Positions 25,153 to 31,594 of a stretch of 31,594 bases of DNA are shown in pieces. Numbering within the stretch: the first letter of the stretch is position 1; every line of letters begins with the position of its first letter. The stretch covers positions 1 through 31,594 of the IMG/VR virus record IMGVR_UViG_3300021080_000004. One strand, 5' to 3'. Source of the DNA: a virus. Its lineage: Duplodnaviria; Caudoviricetes. The position numbers were made by a program, and so were the translations under genes. Under the pieces are notes generated by a model. The model did no database searches. It had not been told where the DNA came from and saw nothing but the letters and a program-made list of their open reading frames with translations.

Positions 25153-26126
25153 TGGCGGGAGGACTCTACGACGCCGCCGTCACGCCAGCCGGATCGTTTG
25201 ACGCCGCGTTGAACGAAGGCGGGCAGTTTGATCCGGACCTGATCACGGACACCAGTGGCTCGGTCTTCACCCAGGACCTCCTGGCGGCGCTGTCGTTCGT
25301 GGGGGTCGTCAGTAAACAGACGATCTACCCGTTGACGGGTGGCCTGTCCTTTGTCGGGACCACCGCGAAGCAGACAGGTCGGGGCCTGACGGCAGGCCTC
25401 ACGTTCATCGGGGCGGTGCGAAAGACCACGGCGCAGCTCCTGACGGCGGCGTTGTCGTTTATCGGCGTGATGACCCCGTCGCATCTGGTGATCGTGCTGT
25501 TCACCGCGGCACTCTCGTTCGCCGGGAGCGTCAGTAAGCAAACCCGGAAGTCGCTCACCGGCGGCCTCACGTTCGTCGGCACGGTCTCGAAGCTCACGAC
25601 CCATCTGCTGACCGCCACGGTGTCGTTCGTCGGGGCGATCGCGAAGCGGACCAGTCGGACCCTCACTGGCGCGGTGAGCTTCGTCGGGACACTCAGTCCG
25701 TCGCGATTGGCGTTGGTGTTCTTCACGGCCTCCGTGTCGTTTGCGGGGGAGGTAAGGAAGCAGACCGGAAAGTCGCTCACCGGGGGCGTGTCGTTTGTCG
25801 GCAGCGTGGCGAAGCGCACGATGCGCGGCTTGACGGCCACCGTGTCGTTCGTGGGGCTGATCGCGAAGCGGACGGGCCACGCGTTCGTCGCCGCGCTGGC
25901 CTTCGTCGGGACGTGGAGTGGCGTCCTGTCGGTCGGGCAACTTTTCTTTCAGGCGTTTACCGCCTCGGTGGGCTTCGTCGGCGCGATGGGGAAGCAGACC
26001 AAGCGGGGGTTTACCGCCGCCCTCGGGACGAGCGGCGGAATCGGCGGCGTTGGCCCGCGCCTGATCCTGGTCGGCACACGGCTCGCGATCCGGCTCAAGG
26101 GCATCCTCTACGAGTGGTTGAACTGA
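25152..26126 (+). CDS. repeat-rich putative fibre/structural protein
   Basis: 13 copies of an (L/F)T(A/G)x(L/V)SFVG motif at 18- or 20-aa spacing. Confidence 0.7.
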   Translation: MAGGLYDAAVTPAGSFDAALNEGGQFDPDLITDTSGSVFTQDLLAALSFVGVVSKQTIYPLTGGLSFVGTTAKQTGRGLTAGLTFIGAVRKTTAQLLTAALSFIGVMTPSHLVIVLFTAALSFAGSVSKQTRKSLTGGLTFVGTVSKLTTHLLTATVSFVGAIAKRTSRTLTGAVSFVGTLSPSRLALVFFTASVSFAGEVRKQTGKSLTGGVSFVGSVAKRTMRGLTATVSFVGLIAKRTGHAFVAALAFVGTWSGVLSVGQLFFQAFTASVGFVGAMGKQTKRGFTAALGTSGGIGGVGPRLILVGTRLAIRLKGILYEWLN

Positions 26127-26127
26127 G

Positions 26128-26844
26128 ATGAAAGCCAGCGACCTCATCACGCGCGCGATGCGCCGCATTGGCGTCCTCGCGGCCGGCGCCGTGCCGACCG
26201 CCGACGAGATGACCGACGGCTTCTCGATCCTGAACGAGATGATCGATAGCTGGACCCTCGAGCGCCTCATGCTCTACGCCGAGGTGCGCGCGCTCTTCCC
26301 GCTGACGAACGCGGTCAACACGTACACCATCGGGGTGGGTGGCGTGTTCAATGCCGCGCGGCCGCTCGCGATCTCGAAGGCGGGCCTCGTCCGCGCCAGC
26401 CCCCCCGCCGTCGAAGTGCCCCTGCACATCTTCACCGACACCCAGTACGAGCGCATCCCGGTCCGGTCGATCACGGGCGAACCCCAGGGCGTGTACCTCA
26501 TTCGGACGTGGCCCCTCGCCACGGTCTTCCTCCTGCCGATTCCCGACAGCACGGGCCTGCAGCTCGCGCTCTCGGGGCCGACAGCGATCGCCCAGTTCGC
26601 GGACATCAGCAGCACGGACTACACGTTCGCGCCGGGCTACGCGCGAGCCATCCGGTACAACCTCGCGGTGGAGCTCGCCCCGGAATACGGCGTCACGGCC
26701 GATCCCGTCGTCATGGCGATTGCGGCCGAAAGTAAGGGCAAGATCAAAGCGGCCAACATTCAACTCGATGACCTCGGGTTCGACCCGGCGTTGCTCGGGG
26801 TCGGCGCGCGCTACGACATCTACACCGACTCGGTGCGGCAGTGA
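26128..26844 (+). CDS. head-to-tail adaptor (P22 gp4-like)
   Basis: DLITRAMRRIGVLAAG..P...E..DG...LNEMIDSW; PGYARAIRYNLAVELAPEYG. Confidence 0.8.
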   Translation: MKASDLITRAMRRIGVLAAGAVPTADEMTDGFSILNEMIDSWTLERLMLYAEVRALFPLTNAVNTYTIGVGGVFNAARPLAISKAGLVRASPPAVEVPLHIFTDTQYERIPVRSITGEPQGVYLIRTWPLATVFLLPIPDSTGLQLALSGPTAIAQFADISSTDYTFAPGYARAIRYNLAVELAPEYGVTADPVVMAIAAESKGKIKAANIQLDDLGFDPALLGVGARYDIYTDSVRQ

Positions 26845-28340
26845 GACTGCCGGGCTTCGTTGGCGGTAGTTATGTCAGTCAATCCCAGACCGCCGACGCG
26901 CAGCGCTCGGTGAACCTCTTTCCCGAGCTCGATGAGCGCGGGCCGGACAAGCGCTTAGTCCTCGTTGGGACGCCTGGCCTCGCGCTCTTCGCCACGCTGC
27001 CGGTGGGGCCGGTGCGCGCCCTCTTCTGCGAGGACGGCCGCTGCTTCGCGGTCGGCGGCAATGCGTTCTGCGAGATTCTGAGCAGTGGCGTGGTCATCCA
27101 GCGTGGCGGCGCCCTCGCCGCCGATGGCGCGCCTGCGACGATCTGTTCCAACGGGAAGCAGCTCTTCATCACGAGCGGCGGCAGCGGCTACATCTTCGAC
27201 CTCAGCACCAACGGCCTGTTCCTGATCACGGCCTCGGGCTTTCCCGCCGCGGTCGCCATGGGCGCCTTCTGCGACGGCTACTTCGTCGTCCTGGTGAAGA
27301 ACTCCGCGACGTTCAACATCTCCGCGCTCTTTAACGGCCTGCAGTGGGACAGCCTGGACTTCGGCACCCGCTCGGAAGGATCGGATCGACTCCTCGCACT
27401 CAAGGTCGACCATCGCGAGCTCGTGCTCATGGGGAGTCACAGCACGGAAATTTGGAACAACCAGGGTGATGCGAACTTCCCATTCGCCCCGGTGCCTGGC
27501 TCACTCATCCCGCAGGGCATCGGCGCCCCGGCATCGTTGACGCTCTTCGACAACACGTTTGCGTGGATCGGGGCGGACGAGCGCGGCCACGGCATCGTGT
27601 ACCGCGCGAATGGCTACAAACCGGAGCGCTTCTCGGACCACAGCCTCGACCGGGCGATGCAGAACTACAGCACGATCGCCGACGCTGAAGGTTGGGCGTA
27701 CCAACAGGACGGCCACGACTTTCTCACCTTCTGGTTTCCAACAGCCGACACGACCTGGACATTCGACGCGGCGACGCAGATGTGGCACGAGCGCGCGTGG
27801 TGGGGCTCCGGAGCCACGACGCCCGGCCCGCCGATCCCGCCGCCCGTCTTCGTGGGGGTGCCTGGCGTCACACCGGTCGTCCCGAGCTTCCACGCGCATC
27901 GTGCGCGCTGTCACGCGTTCGCCTTCGGCCAGCACCTCGTGGGCGACCGCCTCCTCGGCAGCGTGTATCGCCAGTCGCCACTCGTGTACGACGACGCCGG
28001 CGTGCAGATTCACCGCCTCCGTCGCGCGCCGCCGGTGCGCGCCGAGAAGTCGCCATTGCGGCAGTCGGTCTTCGAGCTCGACATGGAGACGGGGCTCGGC
28101 CTGACGACGGGACAAGGCATTGACCCCCAGATCAGCCTCTCATTCAGCGACGACGGCGGCGGCATTTACTCGTCCCCGCAAGCGGTCAGCGCCGGGGCCA
28201 TCGGCCAGCGTGGGACGCGTGTCATGTGGCGGCGGCTCGGCATGTCGCGCACACGGAACGACCGCATCTATCAGGTCGAGATGAGCGACGCGGTGAGTTG
28301 GCGATTGTTCGATGCGTACTTGACGGCGGGAGGGGCCTGA
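26841..28340 (+). CDS. packaged-DNA stabilisation / tail hub protein (P22 gp10-like)
   Basis: RSVNLFPE, LVGTPGL, DGYFV, STEIW, YQQDGH.F, TW.FD.AT..WHER, SDDGG, WRRLG. Confidence 0.85.
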   Translation: MRLPGFVGGSYVSQSQTADAQRSVNLFPELDERGPDKRLVLVGTPGLALFATLPVGPVRALFCEDGRCFAVGGNAFCEILSSGVVIQRGGALAADGAPATICSNGKQLFITSGGSGYIFDLSTNGLFLITASGFPAAVAMGAFCDGYFVVLVKNSATFNISALFNGLQWDSLDFGTRSEGSDRLLALKVDHRELVLMGSHSTEIWNNQGDANFPFAPVPGSLIPQGIGAPASLTLFDNTFAWIGADERGHGIVYRANGYKPERFSDHSLDRAMQNYSTIADAEGWAYQQDGHDFLTFWFPTADTTWTFDAATQMWHERAWWGSGATTPGPPIPPPVFVGVPGVTPVVPSFHAHRARCHAFAFGQHLVGDRLLGSVYRQSPLVYDDAGVQIHRLRRAPPVRAEKSPLRQSVFELDMETGLGLTTGQGIDPQISLSFSDDGGGIYSSPQAVSAGAIGQRGTRVMWRRLGMSRTRNDRIYQVEMSDAVSWRLFDAYLTAGGA

Positions 28341-28954
28341 TGGCCAACGTCGCCACGATTCCCCTCGATAAACCGATCATCGACCGGAGCACGGGGCTCC
28401 TCACGCGTGTGTGGGCGGGATTTTTCCAGACGCTTCGGGAGACCGCGCGCGACGTCGTCGAGGCCCCCGTCGTGCTCCAGGGCACCCACTTCACGCGCCT
28501 CGCGACGACACCGGCCGGCACGTATCCGGACGGGACCCTCTTCTACGAGACCGACCGCGGCGTGACGTACATCAGCCTGAGCTCGCGCTGGCGCTACGCC
28601 GATGGCGTCATGCGTGGATCGTTCGACACGGCCCCGATCGATCTCACCGGCGACGACGTCGGCTTCCTGTTCGAGAGCGCGGACTTCGGCCATGTGCTGC
28701 GCTGGGCTGGGACCGACGGTCTCGTCGCGGGCCTGAGCGGCGAGTACTTTCGACAGCCTGGGTTCGTGACGGGCTGGCAGTTCGCGCTCGGGGACGGCGG
28801 CAATGGGTACTACGCGACGTTCGCGATTGCGCCGAGTGCCACAGGGTGGCAGCTCTGTGACGGCTCGGCCGCCACGTATCTCAAGCTCGGGGCCACGCTC
28901 ACGACGCTTTCGTTCACGACGCCGGTCGTCGCCAATCAGTACTTCCGGAGATAG
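28340..28954 (+). CDS. putative tail protein
   Basis: PIID..TG.LTRVW..FF N-terminus typical of the gene after gp10-like; GWQLCDG collar-like motif. Confidence 0.6.
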   Translation: MANVATIPLDKPIIDRSTGLLTRVWAGFFQTLRETARDVVEAPVVLQGTHFTRLATTPAGTYPDGTLFYETDRGVTYISLSSRWRYADGVMRGSFDTAPIDLTGDDVGFLFESADFGHVLRWAGTDGLVAGLSGEYFRQPGFVTGWQFALGDGGNGYYATFAIAPSATGWQLCDGSAATYLKLGATLTTLSFTTPVVANQYFRR

Positions 28955-29464
28955 ATGACGCTGCACCTGGTCGAACCCTTTCCGCCGTCGTGGGTGCCGC
29001 GCTTGTGGTGCTGGCTGCACGAGTGTCCAGAGAGCAATTTTGCGGACGACGCGCCGACGACGTTCGCGGCATTCGCCACGGAAATCGAGCAACGGCAGCG
29101 CCTCGAGCGGACGTGGGGCATCGTCGTCGACGACGAACCAGCGGGCTACATCGGCTACCTGCCGATCACCACGCGCTTAGGCAGCCTGCACGGGATCTGT
29201 CTCGCGGGCGCGGTCTGTCACCGCGGGCTCGGGAAGATCGCGCTCACGCAGGCACTTGAGTCCGTCTGGGCGAGCGGCGTCGAGAAAGTCTGCGCGACGT
29301 TCTTCAACGACAACCTCGCCGTGAGCGCGATGTTGCGGCGCGTCGGATTCTGCGAGGAAGGGTTGCTCGTCGATCACGTCGTGCGTGACGGCCAGCCGGT
29401 GTCGATGCGGATCGTGGCGATGTTCAAACCCGTCCCGATCGTGTTGAAAGAAAGAGTGAGCTAA
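28955..29464 (+). CDS. GNAT-family acetyltransferase
   Basis: HRGLGK acetyl-CoA motif, DNLA...LRRVGFCEEG; position equivalent to P22 gene 14. Confidence 0.8.
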   Translation: MTLHLVEPFPPSWVPRLWCWLHECPESNFADDAPTTFAAFATEIEQRQRLERTWGIVVDDEPAGYIGYLPITTRLGSLHGICLAGAVCHRGLGKIALTQALESVWASGVEKVCATFFNDNLAVSAMLRRVGFCEEGLLVDHVVRDGQPVSMRIVAMFKPVPIVLKERVS

Positions 29465-30126
29465 TGCCTGCGGGAGGACTCGGAACCGTCGGACTACTGG
29501 CGATGTTTGGCATCGGGGCCGCCACCAACTTGATCGGCAGCTATTTGGCTGCTGGCGCGTCGCACGATGCGGCCGGGTCGCAAGCCGACGCGACAAACCG
29601 CGCGACGCTGGCGCAATTTCAGGCGATGCAGGATGCGCTCGCGTTTCAGAAGCAAGCCTGGAAACAGGGGCAGCAACAGAGCGAGCCGTGGGTGGCGGCC
29701 GGTCGCGGAGCCGTCAACAAGCTCTCCTACCTGATGGGCGTGACGCCCGATCACGCGCCGATGGTGACAGACACGCCGCCGACGACGGGGGGCTACGGGC
29801 CAAGCGGCAAGGGCGGTCTTCCGGTGCCTGGGATGCCTGGCGGCGTGTGGACGGGCGAGATCGCCGTGCCGCGTCCCGGCACGAGCCCCGGCGGACCGAT
29901 CCCCGCGCACCAGCCACCGACCGTGCCACCGCCCTCGCACGGTGGTTCGCCGACCACGCTGAGTGGTGCGACGCGCTTCACCTCGAACACCGAGCCGACC
30001 AAACAACCAGGACCGACGAACGGGGCCACGGTGCTGATGCGCGGCCCGAACGGAGTCACCGCGCCCGTGCCGGTTGATCAGGTCGACCTCTTCAAGTCTC
30101 TCGGCTGCACGGTGGTGAACGCATGA
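29464..30126 (+). CDS. DNA ejection protein, gp7-like N-terminal part
   Basis: Gly/Ala hydrophobic N-terminus, AA..QA.A...A, PW..AG..AV..L..LMG, then a Pro-rich tail. Confidence 0.55.
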   Translation: MPAGGLGTVGLLAMFGIGAATNLIGSYLAAGASHDAAGSQADATNRATLAQFQAMQDALAFQKQAWKQGQQQSEPWVAAGRGAVNKLSYLMGVTPDHAPMVTDTPPTTGGYGPSGKGGLPVPGMPGGVWTGEIAVPRPGTSPGGPIPAHQPPTVPPPSHGGSPTTLSGATRFTSNTEPTKQPGPTNGATVLMRGPNGVTAPVPVDQVDLFKSLGCTVVNA

Positions 30127-30686
30127 ACAGTCGTCACTGGACCGGCCTTGCGAATCTCCTCCAGTCGGTGACCGGTACCGCGCCGCCGGAGACCGCCTCC
30201 ATCGAGGACCTCCTCAACAGCCTCTACGCGTACTCGCAAGCGCACCCCGTCGCCGCCGGACCTGAACCCGCCGTGACGCAGGGGCTGACGTTCGGCGCGC
30301 CGAATCCGGACGAGGCGCGCTTCTGGGCTCCTGCGCCGCCGCCGGTGCCGGGCTATGACCCGAGCTTCACGTCCTATCCGCAGCCGCCACCTGGTCCGCC
30401 CGCGCCGCCGCCAACGCCGGGCCCGTTGACGCTGCCGCCTGGCCGTGTGCCGCCGGGACAACCGGTGCCCCCTGGTAACACGAGTCCCGCAGGGCCGGCG
30501 CCGCCGGCGGGAGGACCGCAACCCACGCAACCTGCTCCGTATGCCCCCAGTATGCCCGGCGGGAATTACTTCAAGAGCTTGTCGGCCACGACGGGGCGCG
30601 TCCGCACGCCGTGGGCGTCGAACACCAGCGCAAGCGCGTACGGCTCAAGCCGTCTCTCGCAGTTGATGGGAATGGGGCGGTACTGA
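30123..30686 (+). CDS. proline-rich hypothetical protein
   Basis: 187 aa, ATGA overlap, long Pro-rich tract. Confidence 0.6.
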   Translation: MNSRHWTGLANLLQSVTGTAPPETASIEDLLNSLYAYSQAHPVAAGPEPAVTQGLTFGAPNPDEARFWAPAPPPVPGYDPSFTSYPQPPPGPPAPPPTPGPLTLPPGRVPPGQPVPPGNTSPAGPAPPAGGPQPTQPAPYAPSMPGGNYFKSLSATTGRVRTPWASNTSASAYGSSRLSQLMGMGRY

Positions 30687-30687
30687 C

Positions 30688-31594
30688 ATGGCGTTGCCCA
30701 CCCGCGAACAAATCGCGGCGACCTACAAGAAATATCTCGGTCGCCCCATTCGCGATCAGGAGTACGCGTCGTGGCTCGGGAACGCGAACTACGACCAGGA
30801 GATTTACAACAGCCCCGAAGCGACAGCCCTGCGGGAGATCGCGACAATCGATCCGAACACCGGCCAGATCACCTATCTGCCCGGGAAGGGCCCGACACTC
30901 GATCCGAACAATCCGATTCCGCCGGATGTCTTCAATCCGGGGTTTCCGCCGCCACCGAACACGCCGGGCACGCCCAAGGGGTCGGCGCAAGATTTCATCA
31001 AGCAGTGGCAGCAAACGCACAAGGCGAGTGAGGGCATCGGCCCCCTGGCAGAGGCCCTGAAGGCCGCCGGGTTCGATGTCCCGCGCTTCATGTATGGCAC
31101 CACGCCCTCGAATAACGAGCTGGTGGTGGACGGGCAGAAGTTCAAGGTCCTCGGCGCGGAGGACTCCCCCAATACGGCCTACTGGTATACCGGCGGCAAC
31201 GATTCCTCGGGAGGCGGTGGTGGAGGCGGCACGAACACCGGCGGCGGCGACGGCAACGTTGATTTCGGCGCGTGGGGCTCGCTCCTCGCCCCGTGGACCG
31301 AACCCTTCTCGTTTCGGGACTTCATCCCGCCGACGTCGGCCACTGAAGCCAACGATCCCGGCTACCAATTCCGGCTCGATCAAGGCCACAAGCAGATCGA
31401 GCACTCGGCGGCGGCGCGCGGGACCGTGCTCACCGGCGGCACGTTAAAGGATCTTTCCCAATTCAACCAGGACTATGCGTCGTCCGAGTTCGACAAGGTC
31501 TACGCGCGCAGTCTAGGCGAGTACCAACAGGCGTACGCGAAAGCGCTTGGTGAGTACGACCAGAAGTACAACATCTTCTCGAATTCGCAATCCA
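30688..31594 (+). CDS. DNA ejection/transfer protein (runs off window end; not in ORF track)
   Basis: Open from ATG 30688 (MALPTREQIAATYKKYLGR...) to the end; DPGYQFRLDQG...SAAARG..L.G.TLK.L..F.QDYAS.EF motif. Confidence 0.7.
   Translation, partial: MALPTREQIAATYKKYLGRPIRDQEYASWLGNANYDQEIYNSPEATALREIATIDPNTGQITYLPGKGPTLDPNNPIPPDVFNPGFPPPPNTPGTPKGSAQDFIKQWQQTHKASEGIGPLAEALKAAGFDVPRFMYGTTPSNNELVVDGQKFKVLGAEDSPNTAYWYTGGNDSSGGGGGGGTNTGGGDGNVDFGAWGSLLAPWTEPFSFRDFIPPTSATEANDPGYQFRLDQGHKQIEHSAAARGTVLTGGTLKDLSQFNQDYASSEFDKVYARSLGEYQQAYAKALGEYDQKYNIFSNSQS

Larger units (their letters stand above)
1..31594 (+). mobile_element. P22-like podophage/prophage genome segment (accessory, packaging, head, tail and ejection genes)
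   Basis: Gene order TerS-TerL-portal-scaffold-coat ... gp4-like, gp10-like, GNAT, ejection proteins; dense co-oriented ORFs. No integrase or att site in the window, so free phage versus prophage is not resolved. Confidence 0.93.

Noticed and set aside
25260-26030. CRISPR array or diversity-generating retroelement repeats
   Set aside because: The repeats are degenerate, in-frame protein repeats. There are no identical repeats with spacers, no adenine-specific variation and no reverse transcriptase in the window.

Overview
This window is a high-GC segment of a P22-like short-tailed dsDNA phage or prophage. Almost all genes lie on the + strand and many have overlapping stop/start codons. 1-8.1 kb is an accessory region: HerA-like ATPase with tandem winged-helix repeats, DUF1653-like protein, a stand-alone CapW/BrxR-like wHTH, a Tad1/Acb2-like hairpin protein, an excisionase-type HTH, a Cys-rich secreted peptide, a twin-arginine (Tat) substrate and a phage-encoded TatA. 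8.2-17.6 kb is the packaging and head module: TerS, TerL, portal, LAGLIDADG endonuclease, scaffold and P22 gp5-like coat. 17.7-26.1 kb holds decoration/fibre-like genes plus an inserted HNH endonuclease. 26.1-31.6 kb holds gp4-like and gp10-like head completion genes, a GNAT and DNA-ejection proteins. The most unusual signal is a protein-export theme inside the virion operon. Four genes just after the capsid carry Sec-type signal peptides and even numbers of Cys. A Tat-signal mini-protein is built from capsid-like motifs. The phage also carries its own TatA. All family assignments come from motif recognition by eye; no database search was run.
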